From positions 12,214,001-12,278,000 of the forward strand of contig CM059432.1 of assembly GCA_030390025.1 (NCBI GenBank): DNA of 64,000 nt, given 5' to 3'. Below the pieces are notes generated by a model. That model saw nothing but the letters and a program-made list of their open reading frames with translations, had not been told where the DNA came from and did not search any database. The translations under genes and the position numbers were made by a program. Source of the DNA: Squalus acanthias (taxonomy: Eukaryota). Each line of letters opens with the position of its first letter. Within the stretch, counting starts at the first letter, position 1. Of this stretch, positions 12,425 through 25,050 are shown piece by piece.

Positions 12425-13040
12425 CAGGGGAAACATCCTCCCTGCATCTACCCTGTCAAGCCCTCTAAGAATTTTATGCATTTTATGCATTTCAAGGAGA
12501 TCACCTCTCATTCTTCTAAACTCCAGAGAATATAGGCCCATTCTACTCACTCTCCTCATAGGACAATCCCGCTCATCCCAGGAATCAGTCTAGTGAACCT
12601 TCGCTGCACTCCCTCTAAGGCAAGTATATCCTTCCTTAGGTAAGGAGACCAGAACTGTCCACAGTGCTCCAGGTGTGGTCTCACCAAAGCCCTGTATAAT
12701 TGCAGCAAGACATCCTTACTCGTACTCCAACCCGCTTACAATAAAGGCCAACATACCATTTGCCTTTCTAATTCCTTACGGTACCTGCATGTTAACTCTC
12801 TGTGATTCTTGTAAAAGGACACCCAGGTCCCTTTGAAAACCAACATTTACTCGTCTCTCGGCTGTTAAAAATATTCTGCTTTTCCATTCTTCTTACCAAA
12901 GTGGATAATTTCACATTTCCCCACATTATACTCCATTTGCCACCTTCTTGCCCAATCACTTAATGTGAACACCCCTTATTAAAAATGCTTATTTTTGATG
13001 ATGAACCCATTTTCAGCTGCATGTCTCTTTGCAGCATCTT
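12425..13040 (-). mobile_element. degraded CR1 LINE RT fragment
   Basis: GLYSLEFRRMRGDL, RPHLE remnants on -. Confidence 0.85.
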
Positions 13041-13674
13041 TGCGTCTTCCTCACAGCTTACTGCGAGGTGGAAGGATCGCCCTGGTGCTAAAAAGCAAGT
13101 GCTGCCATTTTCTTTCTAATCTTTGCTGATGTTTTACTGTACAAAGCTCGCCAAAGCTAAAAACAGCAGTGTCTCCACTTCACTGGCAGCTGGTTACACT
13201 CTGCAGCTCATGCCAATGCAAATGAAACGTCATAAAAAAAGCCAAGCAGATCCCAGGATAGAGGGTAGATGGCCCGACCTCATTACTGCCCTCAGGACCA
13301 TCTAAAGTTCGGGAAGGATTAACGTTTAAAAAAAAAAAATTACTTCTACTCTTTTGAAAGACTTAAAGATTCTCAGAGGTGTCAGCCGTGGCTCAGTGGG
13401 TCGCACTCTCACCTCTGAGTCAGAAGGTTGTGGGTTCGAGCCCCGCTTCAGAGACTTGAGCACAAAAATCTAGGCTGACACTCCAGTGCAGTGCTGAGGG
13501 AGTGCTGCACTGTCGAAGGTACCGTCTTTCGAATGAGACGGTAAACTGCAGCCCTGTCTGCTCTCTCAGGTGGATGTAAAAGATCCCGTAGGCACTATTC
13601 AGAGTAAGAGCAAGGGAGTTCTCCCCAGTGTCCCGGCCAGCATTTATCCCTTAACTAACAACACAGATTATCTG

Positions 13675-13809
13675 TGTTCTGACGAAGGGTCACAGACCTG
13701 AAACGTTAACTCTGTTTCTCTCTCCATGATGCTGCCTGACCTGCTGAGTATTTCCAGCATTTTATGTTGTTATTTCAGATTTTCAGTACCTGCGGTATTT
13801 TGCTATTGT
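13675..13809 (+). mobile_element. 135-bp Penelope pseudo-LTR fragment with 15-bp TSD
   Basis: TSD AACACAGATTATCTG at 13660-13674 and 13810-13824. Confidence 0.85.
13676..13710 (+). ncRNA. minimal type I hammerhead ribozyme motif (family A)
   Basis: GTT-CTGACGA-A-GGGTC(ACA)GACCT-GAAA-CG-TT-AAC. Confidence 0.72.
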
Positions 13810-14559
13810 AACACAGATTATCTGGTGGTTTATCGCATTGCTGTTTGTGGGAGCTTGCTGTGCAAAAATTGGCTGCCGCGTTTCCCTACATTACAACAGT
13901 GACTACACTTCAAAAAGTACTTCATTGGCTGTGAAGCGTTTTTTTTCCATTAAAAAGTATTCTTTGTGTTTAAGAGCGGTAACCTGGTGCAGTTTTATTA
14001 ATACAACCGAAAATGGGTTTATCACCAAAAATAAGCACTTTTAATAAGAGTGTCCAGTCTTCTGCCTGTGAGTAACCCGATCTACAATCACTGAAAATGA
14101 CTTTTAAAAAAAACTATACTGAACCATACAATAATTTAATTGGTGAACACGAGCCAGTTTCTTCGTAAATTAAATACTTTTTGATGTGAAAAAACTTTGA
14201 AAACGTGCCTGTGCGCCTGAGAAAATGAGCGCAATTTGAAGAGCCTTCCCGAATCGGCAGAATCTCGCAATGTCGATCTGGGGCGTGGCCCAGATTTGTG
14301 GGCGGGGCCTGTTTCGGGCTACATTGAATCTTGAACCAGCATGAAAGATCGCAGGAAACACACGCCTCAGTGGTTTGGGGCGTAACTCACTTGCGTTTTA
14401 ACTTTCTCGATCTTCTGCGCTGGTTTCGGCCGATTCCGCCCGGATTGCGCTGGACTCTGGGTGCAAAACTGGCGGAAACAAAACCTCCCCCCCCGCCCCC
14501 CCAAAACGTCTCTACATTGTATGGACCATTTAAAACCACCGTTTATTTGAGAGAAAGAT

Positions 14560-15400
14560 AGGTGGGTTAGCAAGTTGTGAGGAGGACACAAAGAATCTGC
14601 AAAGGGATATAGCTGGGTTAATTGAGTGGGCAAAAATCTGGCAGATGGAGTATAATGTGGGAAAATGTGAGGTTATCCACTTTAGAAGGAAGAATGAAAA
14701 AGCAAATTATTATTTAAATGGAGAGAGACTACAGAATGCTGCGGTACAAAGGGATCTGGGGGTCCTTGTACATGAAACACAAAAAGTTAGCATGCAGGTA
14801 CAGCAACTTTACAGGGCGCTGGTGAGACCGCACCTGGAGTACTGCGTACAGTTTTGGTCTCCATATTTAAGGAAGGATATACTTGCATTGGAGGCAGTGC
14901 AGAGAAGGTTCACGAGGTTGATTCCTGGGATGAAGGGGTTGACGTATGACGAAAGGTTGAGCAGGTTGGGCCTATACTCATTGGAGTTTAGAAGGATGAG
15001 AGGGGATCTTATTGAAACATATAAGATTCTGAGGGGGATTGACAGGGTGGATGCTGAGAGGATGTTTCCCCTAGTGGGGGTATCTAGAACTAGGGGGCAT
15101 AGATTCAGAATAAGGAATCGCCCATTTAAGACAGAAATGAGGAGGAATTTCTTCACTCAGAGGGTCGTGAATCTTTGGAATTCTCTACCCCAGAGAGCTG
15201 TGGAGGCGGAATCATTAAATATATTTAAGGCGGAGATAGACAGACATTTGAACTACAAGGGAGTCAAGGGGTATGGGGAGTGAGCGAGAAAGTGGTGTTG
15301 AGGCCAAGATTGGATCAGCCATGATCTTATTGAATGGCGGAGCAGGCTCGAGGGGCCGATTGGCCGACTCCTGCTCCTGTTTCTTATGTTCTTATGTAGA
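14560..15400 (+). mobile_element. 5'-truncated CR1 LINE
   Basis: 212-aa RT C-terminal ORF plus TTCTTATG tail. Confidence 0.93.
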
Positions 15401-15789
15401 AACCAGTCGTGGATCTTCTGATCCATATGCAATACCTCCATCAGTTCCCAACCAGGCACACCTGTCTGGGTGCCACGCTGAACGTGTATCGAATCGATTG
15501 GGCATTTTTCCAATTGAACCTAGGTTATTAACTTCCCCCTCGCATGCTGGCTCGAGTGATAAAGATTTCAACAATCTAATGCAGATGGAAATAAACTTTT
15601 CATCACACAAACCTTCCCCAACCATCAGGGAAGCTCTGAGGCCTGAAGCAAAAGTCACAATCTTGTACACGTGAAGATGTCTCAAAATAGTTTATTGCCA
15701 TCAATGCTGTTGGATCAGCCTGCAGGGCAAAAGGAGGTGATAAAGGAACAAACTTTAGATCTTAAGCACTGCTCAAGGTTTCTTTTGGA

Positions 15790-16106
15790 TGTTCTGTAGC
15801 TATTTACATCTCCTCGAGACCCATCTTTAGTTTCCATGTTTGTCCCAGCATCACCTCCTTTTGCTTTGTCATTTAATCACTTGACCCTATCGCAGACCTT
15901 TCCCTTTTGTTCTTTCCCCCCCCCCCCCCCCGCCCGCCTTTCCCTGGCTCTGCACTTACTTTAAAAACTGTTACATCTTTAACTTCTTCCAGTTATGACG
16001 GAAGGTCATCGACCTGAAACGTTAACTCTGTTTCTCACTCCACAGATGCTGTGCCTGACCCGCTGAGTGTTTTACAGCATTCTCTGGTTTTATTTCGGAT
16101 TTCCAG
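15790..16106 (+). mobile_element. Penelope-like 3' UTR/pseudo-LTR with degenerate hammerhead (15991-16027)
   Basis: Similar to other copies; core reads ATGACGG instead of CTGACGA. Confidence 0.7.
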
Positions 16107-16117
16107 CTGTATTAGTC

Positions 16118-16522
16118 TTGCATTGATATAGCGTCTTTCACGACCACCGGACGTCCCAAAGCGCTTTACAGCCAATGAAGTACTTTTTGAAGTGTAGTCA
16201 CTGTTGTAATGTGGGAAACACGGCAGCCAATTTGCGCACAGCAAGGTCCCACAAACAGGAATGTGATAATGGCCAGATAATCTGTTTTAGTGATGTTGAT
16301 TGAGGGATAAATATTGGCCCCAGGACACCGGGGATAACTCTCCTGCTCTTCTTCGAAATAGTGCCATGGGATCTTTTACGTCCACCTGAGAGAGCAGACG
16401 GGGCCTCGGTTTAACGTCTCATCTGAAAGGCGGCACCTCAGACAGTGCAGCACTCCCTCAGCACTGCACTGGAGTGTCAAGCTAGATTTTTGTGCTCAAG
16501 TCCCTGGAGTGGGACTTGAACC
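16118..16522 (-). mobile_element. DeuSINE (SacSINE1-like), 5'-truncated
   Basis: Reverse complement of the same SINE family. Confidence 0.85.
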
Positions 16523-16616
16523 ATAGGTGCTTTAGTATCCTGGACCAACTGGTTCTCAGTACAGCACTACCTGTTTTTTTTAAATATCGGTGCTAAACTC
16601 TCGCGGTTTGTTTCAG

Positions 16617-16757
16617 CTACTCTGGTGGTTCCGTCCTCGGTTGATTCTCAGCGGCCACACCCACAGTGCCTGCGTTGTGCTGCATGACGAACACCTTTCC
16701 GAGATCAGTATCCCATCCTTCAACTGGAGGAATCGGAACAACCCCAGCTTCCTTCTG
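16617..16757 (+). CDS. MPPE1: MPPE1 penultimate coding exon, LLWWFRPRLILSGHTHSAC...PSFNWRNRNNPSFLL
   Basis: tttcag|CTA...CTG|gtaaaa, 141 nt; GHTH metallophosphoesterase motif and WRNRNNPSF signature. Confidence 0.95.
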
Positions 16758-16794
16758 GTAAAATGCAAACTTAACACATTTTTTTTATGTTTAA

Positions 16795-17285
16795 ACAATC
16801 TGAAGATATCTGTAATAAAAACAGACCATGCTGGAATATACTCAGCAGGTCAGGCACAGCAGCTGTGGAGAGAGAGAGAAACGGAGCTAACGTTTTAGGT
16901 CAGTGACCTTTCATCTGAACTGGAAGAAGTTAGAGATTTAACAGTTTTTAAGCAGTGCATAACCAGGGAAAAGGGGGGAGGGGAGGAAAGAACAAAAGGG
17001 GAGGTCTGTGATCGGGTGGAAGGCAGGAGAGATTGAATGACAAAAGGGATGATGGCGCGAGGCAAAAGGAGATGGTAATGGAACAAGTAAAGAAACAAAA
17101 GATGGGTCGAGAGGAGGTGTAAATGGCAACAGCAGAATCATTACCAGCACCTACTGTCTGAGAAAATAGTGGTTATGGTCTAAAGTTGTTGAACTCAATG
17201 CTGTAAAGTTCCTGATCGATAGAGGAGGTGCTGTTCCTCGAGCTTGTGTTAAGCTTCATTAGGACAGTGTAGGAGGCCGAGGACA
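16795..17285 (-). mobile_element. Penelope-like element 3' end with degenerate hammerhead
   Basis: Reverse strand NEA..KLEEQHL remnant and pseudo-LTR similarity. Confidence 0.75.
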
Positions 17286-17414
17286 GTATCTGTGCTGTTC
17301 GTGACTAGAACGTTCCCCTCCAATAATACAAAAAGCTGTTTGCAGATTATTGACCAGCTTAAATTATTGACATTTTACAATGCGATAGATTGAAAAATTA
17401 CGATAAAGTGAACA

Positions 17415-17810
17415 AATGGGTGACCTAATAGAGGTCTTTAAAATTATGAAAGGTTTTGATAGAGTGGATAGAGAGAGAATGTTTCCACTTGTGGGGAAGA
17501 GCATAACTAGAGGCCATCAATATAAGATAGTCACCAAGAAATCCAATAGGGAATTCAGAAGAAACTTCTTTACCCAGAGAGTGGTGAGAATGTGGAACTC
17601 GCTACCACAGGGAGTGGTTGAAGCGAATAGTATAGATGCCTTTAAGGGGAGGCTAGACAAGCATATGAGGGAGAAGGGAATAGAGGGTTATGCTGATAGA
17701 TTTAGATGAGGAAAGACGGGAGGAGTCTCGTGTGGAGCATAAACGCCGGCATGGTCTGGTTGGGCCGAATGGCCTGTTTCTGTGCCGTATATCCCATGTA
17801 ATCCTGTGTA
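17415..17810 (+). mobile_element. CR1 LINE 3' end (second subfamily)
   Basis: GDLIEVFKIMKGFD...TRGHQYK...[14 protein letters not shown]. Confidence 0.9.
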
Positions 17811-18032
17811 AAATGGAATAATTTTTCGGCCTTGTCTTTAAAGTTAATTTCAGTGCTCAGGTGAAAGCCTACAACAAACTAGTGTTTTATATTCTTGCAT
17901 CTGTGCCACCACATTCAATATATATTTTATTATAAATATTGGTAAATTTGAGGTTAACGAATATTTCCCTCCCCCCCCCCCACCTTTTTCCACCCCAATG
18001 AGACCCCGAGGTCCATGGGATCTTTATCTGTG

Positions 18033-18490
18033 TCTGCCGTGGCTCAGTGGGCAGCACTCGTGCCTCTGGGTCAGACGGTTGTGGGTTCAAGCCCCACTCC
18101 AGAGACTTGAGCGCATAATCTAGGTTGACACTCCCAGTGCAGCGCTGAGGGAGCGCTTCACTGTCGGAGGTGCCGTCTTTCAGATGAGAAGTTAAACCGA
18201 GGTCCCGTCTGCTCTCTCAGGTGGATGTAAAAGATCCCAGGGCACTATTGAAGAGGAGCAGGGGAGTTCTCCCGGGTGTCCTGGCCAATATTTATCCCTC
18301 AATCAACACCACTAAAACAGATTATCTGATCATTATCACATTGCTGTTTGTGGGAGCTTGCTGTGCGCAAATTGGCTGCTGCGTTTCCCACATTACAACA
18401 GTGACTCCACTTCAAAAAGTACTTCATTGGCTGTAAAGCGCTTTGGGACGTCCGGTGGCCGTGAGAGGCGTTGTATAAATGCAAGTCTTT
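18033..18490 (+). mobile_element. DeuSINE (SacSINE1-like), full length
   Basis: A/B boxes, Deu core, TATAAATGCAAG tail. Confidence 0.87.
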
Positions 18491-18504
18491 CTTTCTATTG
18501 TCAT

Positions 18505-19405
18505 ATTTTGATGAGGAGGATACCGAGAAACTCCAGGATGATTTGGACAGGTTGGGTGAGTGGGCAGAAGCGTGGCAGATGCAATATAACGTGGATAAAT
18601 GCGAGGTTATCCACTTTGGTGTCAAAAACAGAAAGGCAGACTATTATCTGAATGGCAATAGATTGGGAGAAGGGGAAGTGCAACGAGACCTGGATGTCCT
18701 TGTACACCAGTCGCTGAAAGTAAGCATGCAGGTGCAGCAGGCGGTGAAGAAGGCAAATGGTATGTTGGCCTTCATAGCGAAAGAGTTTGAGTATAGGAAC
18801 AGGGATGTCCTGCTGCAGTTGTACAGGGCCTTGGTGAGACCACACCTTGAGTACTGTGTGCCGTTTTGGTTGCCTTATCTGAGGAAGGATGTTCTTGCCA
18901 TGGAAGGAGTTCAGCGAAGATTCACAAGGCTGATTCCTGGGATGGCAGGAATGACATATGAGGAGAGATTGGGTCGATTGGGCTTATACTCACTGGAGTA
19001 TAGAAGAATGAGAGGGGATCTCATCGAAACATATAAAATTCTGACAGGTCTGGACAAACTAGATGCAGGAAGGATGTTCCCGATGGTCGGAGAGTCCAGA
19101 ACCAGGGGTCATAATCTAAGGATAAGGGGTAAGCCATTTAGGACAGAAATGAGGAAGAATTTCTTCACCCAGAGAGTGGTGAACCTGTGGAATTCTCTAC
19201 CACAGAAGGTAGTTGAGGCCAAGTCATTAAATATATTCAAGAATGAGTTAGATATATTTCTTAAAGCTAAAGGTATCAAGGGATATGGGGAGAAGGCAGG
19301 TACAGGGTACTGAGTTTGGATGATCAGCCATGATCTCATCGAATGGCGGAGCAGGCTCGAGGGGCCGAATGGCCTACTCCTGCTCCTATCTTCTATGTTT
19401 CTATG
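18505..19405 (+). mobile_element. young 5'-truncated CR1 (HER1-like) LINE in the last MPPE1 intron
   Basis: Open RT C-terminal frame to 19313; near-identical to 33376-34270. Confidence 0.95.
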
Positions 19406-19462
19406 AATACAGTGAGCGCAAACACCACTAACTTTGAATTGATCTCCCATTTTCTTCTCCAG

Positions 19463-19636
19463 GCCAGTATAACAGCAACAGACTTTACTCTCGCCAAGTG
19501 TTTCCTGCCACGTGAAAGTACCATAGGCGTCATTTATCTCACTGCGGGTGCGATGGCGGTCAATCTAGTATTATTCCATTTCCATTTCTGGCAATGGATG
19601 ATGCACTACCTGATTAACAAACACAAATCCATTTGA
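19463..19636 (+). CDS. MPPE1: MPPE1 last coding exon (ASITATDFTLAKCFLPRE...transmembrane segment...KHKSI*)
   Basis: Polypyrimidine tract plus AG at 19461-62; KCFLPRE motif, hydrophobic TM stretch, C-terminal KxKxx ER-retrieval motif, TGA stop. Confidence 0.93.
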   Translation, partial: ASITATDFTLAKCFLPRESTIGVIYLTAGAMAVNLVLFHFHFWQWMMHYLINKHKSI

Positions 19637-20471
19637 TAAAAGAACATGGGCCTGATTACCAGCCTTATTTTTCTGTTGTTGGTGTGCCGGCCGATCTCTG
19701 GATTGTACGAAGAGGTGTGGATTTCATTAGTATTTTGAGGAAAGCAAATATTTTTTTGAACATTTTAACGCAATACAGTGGTGTTACAAGAGTTTCTTAT
19801 TGTGGCGAGTTCGAATCTGTAAAATAGTGCACAAGTTCTTAATGATGAGCAATGAGCAACTGTTCCTGGTTAAAGAAATGGTATTAAACGTATCAAGGAG
19901 CAAGTCCTGTTTGACAGGAACAATGCTCAGTACTGACGCTGCTGACCTACGGTGAGCAGCTAGCTTGTGCTGGGCGGTTGGCTGTCCCACTGAGCTCCTT
20001 AGCACGATCCATTGTAAGCGATAGCAGGGGTCTGAAATATATGATCAAACAACACACACCAGCTGGACTTCCTGCTGCGTTTACAAAAATCCTTTGCATT
20101 GTTTTAATGTACTTGAATCTCAGCGTTATGGCGAATTACAGTCAAATGAAACCAGCTCGATTTAAAACATTTTTATTTGAAAGTGAGCGAGTTATATTGC
20201 TCCCTCTGAATTGTGTGCGTAAAACAGCAGCCAGAGTTTGAATTGTGGCAGTAAACGAATGGTTATTTCATTAGACTGTGCGGAGAGCAAATGGTTCACA
20301 GATGAACATTCCCTCTTCACAGATACAGAGTGCTCCTTTTGCCAATGTGTAAATTCTTGATTGTATAAGATCACGTAATTAAAATCGTACAAGCTGAAAT
20401 CTGAAGCGTTTAAATGAGCTGTCCTGCCCAGATTGTATTATTGACAGAAGGTCACAAATATACAATTTGTA

Positions 20472-20477
20472 AATAAA
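20472..20477 (+). promoter_or_regulatory. candidate polyadenylation signal of MPPE1 (AATAAA; second copy ~20497)
   Basis: AATAAA ~0.84 kb after the stop, at the end of AT-rich non-repetitive UTR-like sequence; usage not provable. Confidence 0.4.
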
Positions 20478-22641
20478 AGTACAGTGCGTTTAAAAAAATA
20501 AATACATATATGCCCAGTGTCCCATTGTTGGACCTGTTGTCTTGGGACTTAATTGGTCACTGCTGCTGCCCAATTCAAACACGCCAACATTTCACCACCC
20601 CTCCCCCGCCCCCCCCAACTCATCCAAATATAGATATTATATAGAGTTACACCATCTACAGCATATTCAGCCCAACTTGTCTATACCGGTGTTTATGCTC
20701 CACACGAGCCTCCTCCCACCCCTCTTCATCTAACCCGATCAGCATATCCTTCTATTCTTTTCTCCCGCCTGTGTTTATCCAGCTTCCCCTTGAATGCATC
20801 CATGCTATTCGCCTCAACCACTCCCTGCGGTAACGAGTTCCACATTCTCACCACTCATTGGGTAAAGAAGTTTCTCCTGAATTCCCTATTGGATTTTATT
20901 GGTGATCATTTTATATTTATGGCCCCTAGTTCTGGTCTCCCCCACAAGTGGAAACATCTTCTCTGTATCTAACCTATCACACCCTTTCATAATCTTATGC
21001 TGTACAGGTGAGGGCGTGCCGGTTGACCCCTGCAACTGTTGCTGAATCTGATCGTGTACGAATATGGGAATCAGGGTGAGGTCATCCAGAATTCACCACC
21101 CAACATTCCTGTTTTTAATTATGCGAGGGCAGTGATTGAAAGGATTGCAATAGGACTTTTAATTATTGTATTCAATTAAGAAAGAATTTGAGCAAGCCCG
21201 AAAGCACAGAGCAATGGTGGGCAGGAGGCAGCTTGCTGCTCCCCACACAGCAAGCTGTGACTAGGCCCATGTCGTCAGGAGAAAGCTCAGAGCGCAGGGC
21301 AATCTGCAGCTTTGTTTTTGCCTCAGATACCCTTGTCCCACAGCTCCTGTTAGCTGGTATCGGTGCAGGTGTGCGAGTGGCCTACCTGCTCACCCTTTTG
21401 CCCGTGACTGACATATTTTTTTAAACTGAAAATTTATAGGCCTGATTAGGCCACATGTAAGCAGGACAGCTTCTTTAACATAGGATAAAAATATTTTCAT
21501 GTAAGTGGGACATTTTTAACATTCCATTTTACAGATCTGTTTGATTGGAGTTTATGATTACTGTTTTGTGTTTTGAATTTGTTTTTGTAAAAAGAAAGAC
21601 ATCATTTTTTTGCCACGGTGTAGTATTTGAACAGTTGCGGTATTGGATCAAACTGCATGGCCAGTAATGTAAATCTGACTGTGTTCACCAACAGCTGCAC
21701 ATTGAGCCAAGAGGCTACATCCTTTTTGAAAAGATTAGCCAAATCAAATTCCACTCCGATTGTAATTTTTTTTTACCATAAGGCGTATAACATTTTAAAA
21801 ACACATGGGCCCGAAATTCGTTGGGGGCCATTCATGGAGACGGGGGTCATTTAAATGACCGGGCTGGACGCCATGATCTGCCGGCCAATGTCCGAGCAGT
21901 TCCAAGCCACTGTGACAGGCGATTCCTTATGCTGGGTTGCAGTTCCGTAGGCATGGATGGTCCTCTGGTCCCTCAGCCAAGTGGCCATTCCACTAGGCTG
22001 CGGTGGAGCCACACAGACGACCCGGATTGTGTTCTTGTCCAGCTTGTGCGGAGTTCACTGCAGTGATCAGGAGCAGGAACCTGGCAAGTGTTCCCTCTGC
22101 TGCCTGGAGCGGGGAGCCAATTGTAGTAACCCGTGTCTAGCTGGGACCAGCGTCGAGCGTAGATCAAGACGTGGTGGACCTGTCTGGGCTCTCGGGCTCA
22201 AGTACTGAAGCACATGGAACGTTTGCCTACCAAACCATCAGGGAAGTCCCAGTTTAGTTTGTTTTTAATCTTCTGTTGTGAAACATTCAGAGAATCACAA
22301 AGGTTCAAAAATGCCCAAATGCTTTCATTCAGTCGGAGTTCACCAGCATTAGCGCCGCGTGCACTAGTCTATAGTTAAATATGTGCTCGGCAAATGACGT
22401 TACTTGGTCATTTACATTGTTTTATTTTATCAAGAAGAATATTTTCTGATATTCTGGTGATTGCCATATTGATTATCAGCTACAATGTAAAATAAAATGG
22501 AAGAATCTGCAATAAGATTGTTACTATTTAAACGTCTATTTATTTACTATTCAGTGAAATAAATAATTACTTGGAAAAGGAACTTGTCTTTTTTTCTTAA
22601 AACTCACACAAAATAGGTGACATGTTAACGCCTTCTCCTCT

Positions 22642-23084
22642 GTCAGCTGTGACTCAGTGGGTAGCACCCTCGCCTCTGAGTCAGAAGGTTGTGGGTTCAA
22701 GTCCCACTACATGAGACTTGAGCACAAACATCTAGGCTGACACTCCCAGTGCAGTGCTGAGGGAGTGCTGCACTGTCGGAGGTGCCGTCTTTCGGATGAG
22801 ACGTTAAACCAAGGTCCTGTCTGCTCTCTCAGGTGGACGTAAAAGATCCCGTGGCACTATTTTGAAGAAGAACAGGGGAGTTGTCCCCGGTGTCCTGGCC
22901 AATGTTTATCCCTCAATCAACATAACAAAAACAGATTATCTGGTCATTATCACATTGCTGTTTGAGGGAGCTTACTGTGCACAAATTGGCTGTCGCGTTT
23001 CCTAAAAGTACTTCAAAAGTACTTCAGTGGCTGTAAAGCACTTTGGGACGTCCTGAGTTCTAGAAAGGCACTGTATAAATGCAA
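22642..23084 (+). mobile_element. DeuSINE (SacSINE1-like)
   Basis: Same family; A/B boxes and Deu core. Confidence 0.87.
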
Positions 23085-23399
23085 GGGGGAGAAATTCAGT
23101 ATCGCCCTGTTTGGGGCACAATTATCGGCCTGGCGCAAAGTTTAGCGCCTGGCGCTAATTATCGCCTCCGACTGCAAACTTGGCTTCTATCGCCCCTGGA
23201 GGTGATTGGAGCGCTAAATCAGGCGCTACACACCTCTCTTAAGGTGCTAACGCCGAGGAGCGAGGCGCTACCTCAGAGCGCTGGCGAAGCTCATGTGATG
23301 TCAGTCAGCAATGGAACACAGACACACTGGTGCCGGCCAGTTCTTATAGGGGAGGGTCGATCTTGCTCTCTATCCACACCCTGCTCATTGCAGCCTTGA

Positions 23400-23586
23400 A
23401 TCTCGGCCTGGAGAGACCTGCACATCAAATCTGCTGGGAGCCTCCACCTAAATATGACGCAGAGGGACCATCGGCCCCACCACTGCCCGAAACCGGGATG
23501 AAGGGCGTAATGGCCATGGCCCCTATTACGATGGAGATTAGACAAGTGGGAAATGGGCAGGCTCAGACTATAGTACGATATGCCCC
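23400..23586 (+). pseudogene. gag: ERV gag remnant with PPxY (PPKY) and PSAP late-domain motifs and probable capsid N-terminus
   Basis: WEPPPKYDAEGPSAPPLP...MAPITMEIRQVGNGQAQTIVRYAP directly upstream of pol sequence. Confidence 0.6.
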
Positions 23587-24160
23587 TAGACCGAAAGGAA
23601 GCCATTAGAAAAATGCCCCGACCACTGAATGTGCGGGGCGTGCGCAGGGTCATGGGCCTCTTCAACTACTGTCGTAATTTTATAGAGGGATTCTCACAAA
23701 TGACCGCCCCCATACAGGACTTAATGAAAGGAGGGAAGGCGGCACTGGATCCCATAGAATGGGGGGAGGAACAGGAAAGGGCGCACACATAACTGAAACA
23801 GGCGCTCATATCAGCCCCAGCACTCGGGTTGCCAGATATGAAGAGACCATTCCACATTTATACAAACAATGACAATGGACACTATAGCGCGGTGGTGACA
23901 CAGGTACACGGAGACCGTGGCATACTTCTCCACAAAACAATCCCCGGTTGTCACCAGAACGCCCTGGTGTGTGGCCGCAATCGATTGCGTGACCTGGGCT
24001 GTGAGGACTAGTGAGCCGATAGTTATGACGGGAGAAGTTATCTTACACACGAAACATACCCTGGTGGAGTTATTAAACACAGGCAGATTAAAAACAGTCT
24101 CGGATAGCCGAAAGGCTACCTGGGAGGCCATACTATTACCACGGGATAAGTCAGTAAAAA
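23586..24160 (+). pseudogene. pol: ERV pol remnant: RT thumb plus connection/tether (degenerate RNase H)
   Basis: RKEAIRKMPRP...MGLFNYCRNFIEGFS...LISAPALGLPD..RPFHIY...VAYFS; one stop and a frameshift; RT catalytic core missing. Confidence 0.88.
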
Positions 24161-24169
24161 AGTCAGAGA

Positions 24170-25050
24170 TATGGGCCCCAACCCAGCAGAAGGCATCTCG
24201 GACAGAGAAGGAAGGGTGGAAAAGGAATGGGGCAGACAAGGATGAGCATGGGATTTGGAAAAACGAGGGACGAGTAGTAGCCCCTGAATACATACGGCAA
24301 AACCTGCTCAAAATCTAGCATGGGAATCAACACTCTGGAAGAAATGCTATGCACTGGAGTATAGAACGGTGCTGGTGGTGGCCGGGGATGGGCAGGGACA
24401 GAGCAAAATATTGCCACAGATGTATTACCTGTGCCCAGTACAATATCGGCAGGGCCGTAAAGATCAGATTGTCCCACCTGCCTCGGCCTAAGGGGCCTTG
24501 GGAGCAGGTCCAGATAGACTTCACCGGACCTCTGCCCCCTAGCTGAGGTAAAACGTATTGCCGAGTGGTGATAGACCAGTTCACACGAAGGGTAGAAGCA
24601 TTCGCCACAAGGGATTGCTCTGCTACCACCGTCGCAAAGGTTTTCGCCGAGGAAATAGTACCCCGATGGGGGGTGCCACTGCAAATAGACTCAGATCAGG
24701 GAACACACTTCACTGGCAAAGTCATCAAGTAGACATGCGCCCTATTAAGAGTAAAACAAGTTTCACATACCATACCACCCACAGAGCTCGGGAATGGGAG
24801 AGAGAATGAACAGAACCTTAAAGGCGTCACTCGCAAAGGCCATTGCCGAGACCGGCAGGGGATGGGCGGACCTACTACCGAGCATCCTAATGAGGTTGAG
24901 GGCTACGCCCAATCGCACAATCAGACTAACCTCGTTTGAACTAATGACTGGGCGGGCCATGAGACTGCCCGAGGGCACGATCACAGGTAGTGAAGACGTG
25001 GGACCAGCCCAGGACAGGATTAGGCGATTTATTAAGGAACTATGCAAAAC
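24170..25050 (+). pseudogene. pol: ERV integrase remnant (HHCC zinc finger plus DDE core)
   Basis: HGNQH...CITC; QIDFTGPLP; IVPRWGVPLQIDSDQGTHFTG; FHIPYHPQSSGMGERMNRTLK; several stops and frameshifts. Confidence 0.93.

Larger units (their letters stand above)
13381..13940 (+). mobile_element. DeuSINE (SacSINE1-like) interrupted by a 135-bp insertion
   Basis: Same family as 10963-11470; split at 13674/13810. Confidence 0.85.

Noticed and set aside
23328..23345. Possible primer-binding site TGGTGCCGGCCAG
   Set aside because: Only ~8 nt resemble tRNA-Phe/His 3' complements and no LTR precedes it
23586..25050. Ty3/Gypsy LTR retrotransposon
   Set aside because: The post-RT domain is a degenerate tether lacking the TDAS catalytic motif, the integrase is retrovirus-like, and env and late domains are present
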